Position numbers and translations under genes: made by a program
Assembly (NCBI GenBank): GCA_039028435.1
Contig: JBCCIC010000011.1
Location: 102,761 to 166,760, forward strand
Direction of reading: 5' to 3'
DNA from: Actinomycetota bacterium
Lineage (GTDB): Bacteria > Actinomycetota > Acidimicrobiia > Acidimicrobiales > UBA10347
DNA length: 64,000 nucleotides
Shown here: positions 1-8,600 of the stretch, piece after piece
Numbering within the stretch: position 1 is the stretch's first letter
Layout: each line of letters begins with the position of its first letter
Notes under the pieces: generated by a model
What the model was told of the DNA's origin: nothing
Database searches by the model: none
Seen by the model: the letters and a program-made list of their open reading frames with translations, nothing else

Positions 1-603
1 ATTGCCAGCCGCGTGACTCAACCGCTCGTTGACCAGCGGCAGGTCGGCGAGCTCGACGAGAGCGAACACGGTTGGGACCCCCGAAGCGATCAGGTCGCTG
101 ACCTCGCTCCGGAAGCGCGGCAGGGTCGCCAAGCCGGTCAACGGGTCTCGCTCCGACAGCTCGACCAGGCGACGTTCCCAGGCTCGCTCGTCGGTGACGT
201 CGACGAAGGTCATGGCGACCGCAGCATCGAGCGGGATGAGCGTCAGGTCGACGATCCGCCCTGCGACGCGTTCGCCGGTAGCCGCCACATTGTGCCGATG
301 TTCGACCTGTCCGGTCTGGGCCACGCGAATGGCTGCGTCCAGCAGCCCGACGGCGTCCATTCAATGATGTGCGTCGAGCAGCACCTCCGAGTTCGAGGAG
401 GAGGTACGCCCGAAGAATCGCGCGGCCATCTCATTGACGAACGTGACTTCGAGCGACTCCGGGCGACCCAAGATGCGCTCTTCGAGGATGAACACGCCGG
501 TAGCGATCTGCCCAAGAATGGCTTCGTACTGGTCGAGGCGGTATGTCCCCGAGTGCGTTGTCGGTACCGCTCGTTCGTCCCAAACCTTGGCCATCGATGC
601 CAT
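1..603 (-). CDS. PAS-GGDEF (diguanylate-cyclase-like) sensor protein. The 3' end lies outside the window. The frame is interrupted by one in-frame TGA at 361-363, so this is either a pseudogene or a recoded UGA.
   Basis: Track ORF 361..603(-) gives a PAS-like start (GVFILEE..EVTFVNEMAARFFG). The same frame stays open from 360 to base 1. My translation of it reads MDAVGLLDAAIRVAQTGQVEHRHNVAATGERVAGRIVDLTLIPLDAAVAMTFVDVTDERAWERRLVELSERDPLTGLATLPRF... This is the rest of one PAS fold followed by the RDPLTGL start of a GGDEF domain. Confidence 0.6.
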
Positions 604-742
604 GCCTCTCCTTCAACGGTGGTGCTGCTTCGATGATTTTGTGCACGGGGCTTCGGCATCGGCTCTGCTCGAGCTCAAGTACTGATCAAGACGCGGCGCT
701 CATGACAATGGCGTTGCGGGAGGCGACGCGAGGCGGTGGTAC

Positions 743-1813
743 TCAGTCGTCGGCGTTCACCGGGCGGAGCACGCGATGCAGCCCGACCGGTTCGGGCTCA
801 TCCAACTGGTCGAAGTCACACTGTTCGGGATCCTTGTCGGGACGCCAACGCAGCATGCGGGTGACCTCGCGGAACCGGCCGTTGAGCGTCGAGCCGTACT
901 TCACCTCGGCGACGAGCTCGGCCCGGACCGGAAGCCACGACATTTCCTTGTTGGCATTCCACCGATGCTGGTGCTGTGCGCCCGCCTCGGCCCAGCTGGC
1001 CCACGGGTGACCATCGAGCGCATCGACGGTGTACGGGGCCAGTTCTTCGAGTAGCTCCGCTCGACGCTTGGCCGTGAAGCTCGCGGCGACGCCCACATGG
1101 CGGAGACCGCCATCGGGGCCATGGAGGCCCAGCATCAGCGAACCAACGCCGTCACCGCTCTTGTGGATGCGGTACCCGGCGACCACGGCATCCGCGGTTC
1201 GGACGTGTTTGACCTTGAGCTGGGTTCGCTTGTTCTCGACGTAGGGGTCCGCGATCGGCTTGGCGATCAGCCCATCAAGCCCGGCGCCCTCGAAGACCTG
1301 GAACCACTCCTCGGCGACGGCGTGGTCGCGGGTGACCGGCGTGAGGTGCAGCGGCGGCGTGACGTCAGCGAACACCCGCTCCAGCTCACCGCGGCGTTGT
1401 CCGAACGGCGTCTTCCGCAGATCCCGATCGTCGAGTGCCAGCAGATCGAACGCAACGATCTCGGCCGGCGTCTGCTCGGCCAGCATGTTGACCCGGCTTT
1501 CCGCCGGATGGATGCGCTGCTGCAGGGTGTCGAACTCGAGCCGGTCGTCGATGGCGACGATGACCTCGGCGTCGAAGACGATCCGGTTCGGCAGTTGATT
1601 CCGGATCGGATCGAGTAGCTCGGGAAAATACCGAGTCAGCGGCTTGGTGTTGCGTGACCCGAGATGGACCTCGTCGCCGTCGCGAAAGATGATGCAGCGA
1701 AAGCCGTCCCACTTGGGCTCGAACGCGAGATCCTCGCGATCCGGGATGCCGTCGACTGCTTTGGCCAGCATCGGCATGACCGGCGGCTGCACCGGCAGCC
1801 GATCGAGGCTCAC
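743..1813 (-). CDS. ATP-dependent DNA ligase (LigC-like, ligase-only)
   Basis: Adenylation motif I EPKWDGFR (KxDG), preceded by PPVMPMLAK, which is typical of actinobacterial LigC N-termini. I moved the start to GTG 1813, which overlaps the mrp stop as GTGA. The track ORF extends to 1861. Confidence 0.85.
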   Translation of the reverse strand: MSLDRLPVQPPVMPMLAKAVDGIPDREDLAFEPKWDGFRCIIFRDGDEVHLGSRNTKPLTRYFPELLDPIRNQLPNRIVFDAEVIVAIDDRLEFDTLQQRIHPAESRVNMLAEQTPAEIVAFDLLALDDRDLRKTPFGQRRGELERVFADVTPPLHLTPVTRDHAVAEEWFQVFEGAGLDGLIAKPIADPYVENKRTQLKVKHVRTADAVVAGYRIHKSGDGVGSLMLGLHGPDGGLRHVGVAASFTAKRRAELLEELAPYTVDALDGHPWASWAEAGAQHQHRWNANKEMSWLPVRAELVAEVKYGSTLNGRFREVTRMLRWRPDKDPEQCDFDQLDEPEPVGLHRVLRPVNADD

Positions 1814-3090
1814 GAGCTCAAGCTGATCTCGACAGGTGACTCCATGAGGCGAACCGTACACGTCCCCATGTCGACGGGCGGCGTGACCTCGGTGACCATG
1901 AGCTCGGCGATGCGGCGCAACTCCTGGCTGGCGGGCCCCTCGCCGAGCACGGTCGGCTCCCCGCGGTCCCCGCCCTCGGCGACGGCAGAGTCGATCGGGA
2001 TCTTGCCGAGCAGCGGCACGCCGAGCTCCTCCGCCAGGTTCTCACCACCACCGCTGCCGAAGATCTCGTGGCGGCTGCCGTCGGGGGCCACGAAGGCGGT
2101 CATGTTCTCGATCACGCCGGCGATGCGGAGGTAATTCTTGCGTCCCATGCTGGCGGCGCGTGCCGCGACCTTCTGGGCGGCGAGCGCAGGAGTCGTGACG
2201 ATGACGACCTCGGCACGCGGCAGCATCTTGGCAAGGCCCATCTGGACGTCGCCGGTGCCCGGCGGCATGTCGATGAGCAGGTAGTCCATATCGCCCCAGC
2301 GGACATCTTGCAGAAAGTGCTGCACCGCTCGATTGAGGATCAGGCCGCGCCACATGAGCGCAGATTCTTCCTGGTCGACGAGGAAGCCCATCGACACGAC
2401 CTTGAGCCGACCCTTGCCGACCCGCTTTTGGTTCGGCGCGATCTTGTTGGTCTTCGACAACTCGCCGGCGCTGTCGGATTCGGTCGTGCCGGCATCGGAC
2501 GCCGAGCCGGAATCAGGCACGGCGACACCCTCGAGGCGGCCCTCGACCCCCAGCATGCGAGGCACCGAGTAGCCCCAGATGTCCGCGTCGAGTACGCCGA
2601 CCGTGTAGCCCATCGACGCGATCGCCGCCGCGAGATTGGTCGTGACCGAACTCTTGCCGACCCCGCCCTTACCGCTCGCGATCATGACGACCTTGGTCGA
2701 GGGCGAAACCTCGTTGTCGGGTGGGTTGTCGGCGATGCGCTTGCGGGCGATCGCCATGACCTCGGCCTTGCCGTCCTGGCTGAGCTCGGACCACTCGACC
2801 TTGACGTCGGTGATGCCCGGCAGTTGCTCGACTCGCCCAACGACATCCTTGCGGATCTGTGCCTGGAGCGGGCAGCCGAGGGTGGTCAATGCGACCTTGA
2901 CTCGGGCCAAGCCACTGTCCTCGATGGTGACTTTGGGGACCATGCCCAGGTCGACGATGCTGCTGCCCAGCTCGGGGTCGATCACCCCTCGGAGAACGGC
3001 CATGACGTCGTCGACGGTGGCTCGCGGACCTGCCGCTCGGGGCGCAGTCGCGTCCGCTTCCCGGGTTCCGGTGTGGACGGCATCACTCAC
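1810..3090 (-). CDS. mrp: Mrp/ApbC/NBP35-family Fe-S cluster carrier ATPase with an N-terminal DUF59-like domain
   Basis: Deviant Walker A IASGKGGVGKSSVTTNLA. N-terminal VMAVLRGVIDPELGSSIVDLGMV (DUF59 type). C-terminal GKIPID motif region. Confidence 0.88.
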   Translation of the reverse strand: MSDAVHTGTREADATAPRAAGPRATVDDVMAVLRGVIDPELGSSIVDLGMVPKVTIEDSGLARVKVALTTLGCPLQAQIRKDVVGRVEQLPGITDVKVEWSELSQDGKAEVMAIARKRIADNPPDNEVSPSTKVVMIASGKGGVGKSSVTTNLAAAIASMGYTVGVLDADIWGYSVPRMLGVEGRLEGVAVPDSGSASDAGTTESDSAGELSKTNKIAPNQKRVGKGRLKVVSMGFLVDQEESALMWRGLILNRAVQHFLQDVRWGDMDYLLIDMPPGTGDVQMGLAKMLPRAEVVIVTTPALAAQKVAARAASMGRKNYLRIAGVIENMTAFVAPDGSRHEIFGSGGGENLAEELGVPLLGKIPIDSAVAEGGDRGEPTVLGEGPASQELRRIAELMVTEVTPPVDMGTCTVRLMESPVEISLSS

Positions 3091-3143
3091 GAGATTCAGT
3101 CTACTCGCAATTAACCCGGTACCGACCGTGTAATATCGGACAC

Positions 3144-3800
3144 ATGGATGCGCACCGCCGACTCGACGTGCTCAAGGCACTCGGCGACAACACGCGCTAC
3201 GCCATCTACCTCGAGCTGGCTCGATCCGCCTCACCACTCACGACGGCCCACATCGCCGGCACCCTCGATCTGCATCCCAACACCGTGCGTCCCCACCTGG
3301 AGCGCATGCGCGAGGTCCGGCTACTCGACGTCAGCATCGACACGCGTTCCGGACGCGGACGGCCACAGCATCTCTACGCGCTCGCCGAGGATGCTCCGTC
3401 GCTCGGTCTCGAACCGCCCGTTTTCCCGACACTCGCCCGCATGCTGCTTCGCCTCGCGGAGACCGCCGGCCTCGACGCCGAAGAGGCTGCCGATGCGGGT
3501 CGTGAACAAGGCGTCATCGAGGCGAACCGCTCGACCGAGTCCGGCGATGTCGAGAAGGTTGTCGACCACCTCGTGAAGTTCGGTTTCGATCCCGAGATCG
3601 TCAGCGATGACCCCGACGACTTCACCGTGTGCTTCACGAACTGCCCGTTCGCCGATCTCGCTCGCGCCAACCCCGACATCGTGTGCAGCCTGCACCGGGG
3701 CCTGCTCGAAGGCGTGGTGAGTGACACCTCCGTGCAGGTGGTCGGCTTCCGTTCCGTCGCAGACCGCCGGCCGTGTCAGGCCGATCTCACGTTCGCCTGA
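3144..3800 (+). CDS. ArsR-family winged-HTH regulator with a Cys-containing C-terminal domain (SufR-like candidate)
   Basis: N-terminus LKALGDNTRYAIYLELARS...HIAGTLDLHPNTVRPHLERM is an ArsR-type HTH. The C-terminus carries CFTNCPFADLARANPDIVC (C-x3-C-x13-C). It is divergent from mrp and lies near an A-type carrier gene. Confidence 0.7.
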   Translation: MDAHRRLDVLKALGDNTRYAIYLELARSASPLTTAHIAGTLDLHPNTVRPHLERMREVRLLDVSIDTRSGRGRPQHLYALAEDAPSLGLEPPVFPTLARMLLRLAETAGLDAEEAADAGREQGVIEANRSTESGDVEKVVDHLVKFGFDPEIVSDDPDDFTVCFTNCPFADLARANPDIVCSLHRGLLEGVVSDTSVQVVGFRSVADRRPCQADLTFA

Positions 3801-5059
3801 TCCACGGCCGTTTCGCCCGCCTCTCCACCGATCTCGACGCCCGATCGTCGATCGACGTGCCAGGCAGCGAAGAACACCACGCCACCGGCCAAGCTGAGCA
3901 TGGCCGCCACGCTGTAGCTGGTGCGATAGCTCTCGGCGTCGCGTAGCCAGCCCAGGAGGTAGGGCCCACCGGCCACGCCGAGTCCGGTAACGATCAGCTG
4001 GGAGACGGAGTAGATCTTGGGGTACTCGGTGACCCCGAACCGGTCGGCGAGCACGAGGGGCTGCAGCATGAGCAAGTTTCCGATCGTGGCGCCGAACAGC
4101 AGGGTCGTGACCACCAACGTCAATCGAGAGTCCGCGCCGCTCATCAGCAGCAGTGCGCCACCCTGGCCGAGCGCCAGGACCGCCGTCATCACCACGAGCT
4201 GCACCTTGGTCGCCACGACCCCACCGATCAGGCGGGCGACCACCGAACTCCCCGCCACGGTCGACACCAGCAGCGTGCCGGTCGCGCCGTCGACCCGCTC
4301 CGATCCCAGCTTGGCCAGCTGCGCGATGCCTCCGACCTGCGCCGCCATCGCCAGCACGAAACCCGCGGTCGTCAACCGGAAGAACCATGTGCGCGCCGCG
4401 TCCTCGTAGGTCCAACCGGCGGGAGCTTCGGTGACGGCCTTCTCCGAGACGATGCCGTCGGGCACTTGTCCTCGTTCGGCAGGGTCGGGCCAGAGCGCGA
4501 TCAGCGCCAGGCCGATCACCACGATGTAGATGATCGCGAGCCAAGGCGTGGCGTCGCGCATGCCCCAGCGATCGATCAGTGCCGCGGCCAACACCGTGAA
4601 CGTGAGGCCACCGACCGAGAGCCCGGTCGAGCCGATCGACAAGGCCACCGAGCGCCGAGCCTCGAACCACCGGGTAACCAGCGTCGTCGCCGGGACCAGG
4701 CCGCTCAGTCCGAAGCCGACGGCGAACACGACATAGGCGGCGTACAGCGCCGGAAGGCTCGTCGCCCGGCCGACGAGCACCAGCCCAACGGCGGAGACCA
4801 CACCACCCGCACCGACCACGATGCGCAGGTCGCGTCGCTGGATCACCGGGGCGACCGCGCGGCCGGTGATCGCCCCGACGATGAAGAAGAGCGACGTGGC
4901 GAACGACACCGACGTGGTGGAGAATCCCTGCTCCTCGGTGATCGCCTCGAGGTAGACGGCCAAGCCGTAGAACCCGAGGCCCGCGTTGACCATCAACACC
5001 ACGAACACCGCGCCGACGACGTACCACCCTTCGAAGATGCGGTCGCGCCCGATCACCAT
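3776..5059 (-). CDS. MFS transporter
   Basis: 427 aa, with about 12 hydrophobic segments. Basic loops between TM2/3 and TM8/9 (GRAVAPVIQRRDLR, ...ARRSVAL). It overlaps the convergent regulator gene by 25 nt. Confidence 0.8.
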   Translation of the reverse strand: MVIGRDRIFEGWYVVGAVFVVLMVNAGLGFYGLAVYLEAITEEQGFSTTSVSFATSLFFIVGAITGRAVAPVIQRRDLRIVVGAGGVVSAVGLVLVGRATSLPALYAAYVVFAVGFGLSGLVPATTLVTRWFEARRSVALSIGSTGLSVGGLTFTVLAAALIDRWGMRDATPWLAIIYIVVIGLALIALWPDPAERGQVPDGIVSEKAVTEAPAGWTYEDAARTWFFRLTTAGFVLAMAAQVGGIAQLAKLGSERVDGATGTLLVSTVAGSSVVARLIGGVVATKVQLVVMTAVLALGQGGALLLMSGADSRLTLVVTTLLFGATIGNLLMLQPLVLADRFGVTEYPKIYSVSQLIVTGLGVAGGPYLLGWLRDAESYRTSYSVAAMLSLAGGVVFFAAWHVDRRSGVEIGGEAGETAVDQANVRSA

Positions 5060-5183
5060 CGCACCCTAGGAGCATCGCCCGCTCCCGGCGTCATTCCCGC
5101 ACTACGGCATGGTTCGTGGGAATGTCCGCTTGATAGGATCGGTTTCAGGTATTCGCACGCCGATCGATGCGCCTGGAGGCCCC

Positions 5184-5504
5184 ATGATCACCCTTACCGA
5201 CGATGCCGCCACCAAGGTCGGCGCACTGCTGGCCGAAGAAGACGAAGGCGACCTCGCCCTTCGTGTCGCGGTTCGCCCCGGCGGATGCTCGGGCTTCAGC
5301 TACGAGATGTACTTCGATTCGGATTTCGCTGACGACGACACCACCGCCGATTACTCCGGCGTGAAGGTCGTGGTCGATCCGTCGAGCGCCATGCTCCTCG
5401 AGGGCGCAACCCTCGACTACAAGGACGGCCTCCAGGAGACCGGGTTCTCCATCAACAACCCCAACGCCCAACGCACCTGCGGGTGCGGTCAGTCGTTCAG
5501 CTGA
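5184..5504 (+). CDS. A-type Fe-S cluster insertion/carrier protein (IscA/ErpA/HesB family)
   Basis: MITLTDDAATKV...GGCSGFSYEM...NPNAQRTCGCGQSFS, which is the C-x(n)-C-G-C signature. Start taken at ATG 5184, preceded by GGAGG at 5175-5179. The track start at 5109 looks like an upstream extension. Confidence 0.9.
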   Translation: MITLTDDAATKVGALLAEEDEGDLALRVAVRPGGCSGFSYEMYFDSDFADDDTTADYSGVKVVVDPSSAMLLEGATLDYKDGLQETGFSINNPNAQRTCGCGQSFS

Positions 5505-5658
5505 CTCTCTCCCCCGGTCGCCCGATCCTCTGATCGGCGACTCGATGGCCGCCTCGGGCGGCCGATGACACGAGACCGACGGAGCCCCTCAGGGTGGTCT
5601 GTTCGGTCTCGTTTCGCGTCCGGACTCGGCCACAAGCGCGCATCGGTACCCTGCAGCC

Positions 5659-7218
5659 GTGCCCGGCGATGGTGACATGCTCGAGTTCGAAGTCGATGGC
5701 GTCGCGGTCTCGGTTCCCGACGATGGCGCATCGCTGCTCGGAACGCTCCGAGATCGTCTGGGCAATCGTTCGCCCAAAGACGGCTGCAGCCCCCAGGGCC
5801 AATGCGGATGTTGCACCGTCCTGGTCGACGGGCAACCGCGAGTCGCCTGCGTGACCCCAACCCGCCGAGTTCGCGGGCGCTCCGTGACCACGCTCGCCGG
5901 CTTCCAGGAGTCCGAGCGTGAGCGCTGGGGGCGAGCGTTCTGCTCCGCCGGAGCGAGTCAGTGCGGGTTCTGTACACCCGGCATCATCGTGCGTCTGGCA
6001 GGCCTCGAGGCCAAGAAGCCCGATGCCGGTCCCGACGACGTCGACAAGGCGCTGGCCGCTCACCTGTGCCGGTGTACCGGGTGGCAGACGATCCATGAGG
6101 CCTGGCAAAACCGAGACGAGACCGCTGCGTCGAGTCCGGATCCCGAGACCGCGGCGCGGCGAGCGGAACTCGAAGGACGCACCGCGCAGCGCGTGGACAT
6201 CGGGGTTGCGCTGGGTGAAGGTGGGTTCGCCGACGACAGCGCCCCCGAAGACGCGCTCATCGCCGTGCTTGCGGCCGACGGTGCCTGGATCGTGGGCGAG
6301 ACGGTCCACGACGCTCGCGATCGGGCCGGCAAGATCCAGGGCCGACGGACCACCCTCGAGCCGCGCTACCCGTTGGAGCTCCCTCCGGGAGACTGGGCGG
6401 CCACCTTGCAGACGACCTGGACCGAGCCCGGCTATCTCGAGACCGACGCGGCGTGGGCGCGGCCTGGCGAAGCCGCCGTCTCCCCGCTCGCCAACGGTGG
6501 TGCCTTTGGCGGCAAGCTCAATTCGCCGGTCACCGAATTGGCCGAGCAACTCGCCGCCGAGCACGGACGCCCCGTGCGCGTGCTGTTCTCCCGCGAAGAC
6601 ACCGTGCGATTCGGCCCGAAGCGTCCCCCGATAGCCGGCGGCATGCAGGCCGACGGGACCGGCGTGCTGCGGGTCGTGGCCACGCCCGGGATCGAAGCGG
6701 CAATCCATGCCGTCGTCCCCGATGTACTCGTCGAGGCGGTGGCCGTGGACGACGAGCTGGCGACGTCGACCGACGTGCGGGGCGCGGGCTGGGTCGAAGC
6801 CTGGTGTCTGCGGGCCATGGCGCTCCGCCGCAACGATCGCTACACCCTCCCCGAGGGCGGATGGGCCGAGGCCCAGGTTGACGAGACCGGCATCGCCGTG
6901 CGGCTCGGCGCCGGTGTGCCACTCGATCTGACCGTCCTGCGCAGCTACGCCATCGGCGCCGCTCACATGGCCACGAGCCTGGTGCGCTCCGAAGCCATTA
7001 CCCTCGACGAGCAGGGCGTCGTCCAGGACCTGACGATCCGATCACTCGGCATTCTCAAGGCGGCGGACATGCCACCTGTGCGTGTAGACATCGAGCCGGA
7101 AACCAGCGATGCCACCAACGCCGGCGATGCCGTGTTCGCGGCGGTCGCTGCAGCCACGTGCCTGCATCTGGGTGCCAGTCGATGGCCGTTCGACCAAGTG
7201 CCCCGCACCGGCACCTGA
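5659..7218 (+). CDS. Fusion of a [2Fe-2S] CoxS-like small subunit to a short xanthine-dehydrogenase/aldehyde-oxidase-family C-terminal region
   Basis: The N-terminus has both 2Fe-2S motifs, CSPQGQCGCCTV and CGFCTPGIIV...HLCRCTGW. The downstream part contains PVRVLFSREDTVRFGPKRPP, typical of Mo-hydroxylase large subunits. Only about 360 aa follow, far shorter than a normal large subunit. Confidence 0.75.
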   Translation: MPGDGDMLEFEVDGVAVSVPDDGASLLGTLRDRLGNRSPKDGCSPQGQCGCCTVLVDGQPRVACVTPTRRVRGRSVTTLAGFQESERERWGRAFCSAGASQCGFCTPGIIVRLAGLEAKKPDAGPDDVDKALAAHLCRCTGWQTIHEAWQNRDETAASSPDPETAARRAELEGRTAQRVDIGVALGEGGFADDSAPEDALIAVLAADGAWIVGETVHDARDRAGKIQGRRTTLEPRYPLELPPGDWAATLQTTWTEPGYLETDAAWARPGEAAVSPLANGGAFGGKLNSPVTELAEQLAAEHGRPVRVLFSREDTVRFGPKRPPIAGGMQADGTGVLRVVATPGIEAAIHAVVPDVLVEAVAVDDELATSTDVRGAGWVEAWCLRAMALRRNDRYTLPEGGWAEAQVDETGIAVRLGAGVPLDLTVLRSYAIGAAHMATSLVRSEAITLDEQGVVQDLTIRSLGILKAADMPPVRVDIEPETSDATNAGDAVFAAVAAATCLHLGASRWPFDQVPRTGT

Positions 7219-7283
7219 GGCACCGGCAGTCCTGGCAATGATCGGCACCGTCGTGGCGCCACCAGCCAAGTAGGCTGCTCGGC

Positions 7284-7634
7284 GTGACGAAACCAGTCGG
7301 TCCCTACACCCCGGTCATGCGCGTTGGCGATTGGATCATCTGCTCAGGCCAGATCGCCCTCGTCGATGGCGCCATCGCCGGCGACACGGTCGGTGACCAG
7401 GTCACGCAGGCCCTGGCCAACATGGCCGGCCTGCTCGAATCGCAGGGCGCCTCGCTGAGCGATGTGGTCAAGACCACCGTGTTCCTCGTCGACATGGACG
7501 ACTACGCCGAGATGAACGAGGCCTACATCGCCGCCTTCGGCGACCATCGCCCGACCCGGTCGGCGATCGCCGTCGCCGCCCTACCGCTCGGCGCACAGGT
7601 CGAGATCGAAGCCTGGGCCAACACGGGGAGCTGA
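7284..7634 (+). CDS. RidA/YjgF/L-PSP family reactive-intermediate deaminase
   Basis: 116 aa. PYTPVMRVGDWIICSGQIAL...VKTTVFLVDMDDYAEMNEAY...PTRSAIAVAALPLGAQVEIEA is the classic family pattern. Confidence 0.88.
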   Translation: MTKPVGPYTPVMRVGDWIICSGQIALVDGAIAGDTVGDQVTQALANMAGLLESQGASLSDVVKTTVFLVDMDDYAEMNEAYIAAFGDHRPTRSAIAVAALPLGAQVEIEAWANTGS

Positions 7635-7637
7635 GCC

Positions 7638-7817
7638 GTGCTCGGAACGATCATCATCATCGTCATCCTGGTGCTGGCACCGGTCGGCATCCTGTTGAGC
7701 ACGAGCGTGTTCGCTGCGGTGTTCACCACACTGCTCAACCGCGACGTAGCCACCACACACGAGGGCACCGAGCTGGGCGACCTGGCCGAATCCGGCGTCG
7801 CCGTTCAACTCGATTGA
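7638..7817 (+). CDS. Possible small membrane protein (59 aa, below the track cutoff)
   Basis: GTG lies 3 nt after the ridA stop. My translation is VLGTIIIIVILVLAPVGILLSTSVFAAVFTTLLNRDVATTHEGTELGDLAESGVAVQLD, giving one or two hydrophobic helices. There is no homology evidence. Confidence 0.3.
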   Translation: MLGTIIIIVILVLAPVGILLSTSVFAAVFTTLLNRDVATTHEGTELGDLAESGVAVQLD

Positions 7818-7853
7818 CACAGGCCGCTGGCCTCGAATCCGGCGGATCCCCGA

Positions 7854-8600
7854 TCAGTCGATGTCGCGTGATTGCAGCGTGAGTGCGGTGAGTCCGACGA
7901 AGACCACACCGATCGCCGGCGGCACGATCAGCGCCGCAGCCCAGGCACGGTCCGCAAGCTCGACGACCACCGTCGTCGAACGCTCGAGCACCGTCATCAG
8001 GTAGCTCCGAATCGAGATCCGGGCGGCGCCGTCACCGAGACGGGCCAACAGGTTCTCCCAGATGGCGACGTAGGCGAGGCCGATCCACAGCCCGAACGAG
8101 AACCGCGCCCCGAGAAAGACGAAGGCCGCGCAATAGGCCACCACGCCAAGGAGCGCTGCACCACCGACCGCCAAGGTCAGCCCGGGGTCCGAGGAAATCA
8201 ACGCACCGAGTACCAGCGTCGGCACGGTCACCAGCGCTGCGGTCACGGCGGCGGCGAGATAGGCGGCGACCGCCAGGTGCCAACGCGGCGTTGGTTTGAG
8301 CCAGAGATAGACAAGCAGGCGATCTTCGACCAGGTCGCCCAGGATCGGCGTGGCCAGCAACACCGCGACCAAGGGAACGTACGCAGCCAGGCCGAACTCG
8401 CCCAACGCGAACACCGCAGCCTCGTCGCCCGAACCACGGGACACGACCGCCGTCACGACCACGATCGCCGAGAGCAACACGAGCCAGACCACGCGGCTTC
8501 GGGTCAGCTGCCCGCGCAACAACAGCCGCGTGAAGATCGGAATGCTGCGGCCGGGACCCAATCGGGCCGAAGTGGCCGCTCGTGGCGGGGTAGTCGTCAT
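7854..8600 (-). CDS. ABC-2-type transporter permease (second pair)
   Basis: 248 aa, about 6 TM segments. The start overlaps the upstream ATPase stop by 4 nt. Confidence 0.7.
   Translation of the reverse strand: MTTTPPRAATSARLGPGRSIPIFTRLLLRGQLTRSRVVWLVLLSAIVVVTAVVSRGSGDEAAVFALGEFGLAAYVPLVAVLLATPILGDLVEDRLLVYLWLKPTPRWHLAVAAYLAAAVTAALVTVPTLVLGALISSDPGLTLAVGGAALLGVVAYCAAFVFLGARFSFGLWIGLAYVAIWENLLARLGDGAARISIRSYLMTVLERSTTVVVELADRAWAAALIVPPAIGVVFVGLTALTLQSRDID

Noticed and set aside
13-636. 207-aa plus ORF at the window start, plus the overlapping short ORFs
   Set aside because: The minus frame gives a coherent PAS fold followed by the RDPLTGL GGDEF start. The plus frame has no recognisable features.
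3321-5075. 584-aa minus-strand ORF and the 288-aa plus ORF 4466..5332
   Set aside because: Their composition is Arg/Gly/Pro-rich. They overlap the ArsR-like gene and are out of frame with or antisense to the MFS gene, which shows regular TM periodicity.
5505-5658. Riboswitch or leader RNA upstream of the 2Fe-2S gene
   Set aside because: Three hairpins are visible (gtcgcccgatc/gatcggcgac, ggccgcc-tcg-ggcggcc, gagaccga…tcggtctc). I cannot match them to any known riboswitch consensus. The first two are equally well explained as terminators of the carrier gene.
5497-6966. 489-aa minus-strand ORF
   Set aside because: It is antisense to the 2Fe-2S/Mo-hydroxylase-like gene, which has clear cysteine motifs. 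It has no motifs of its own.
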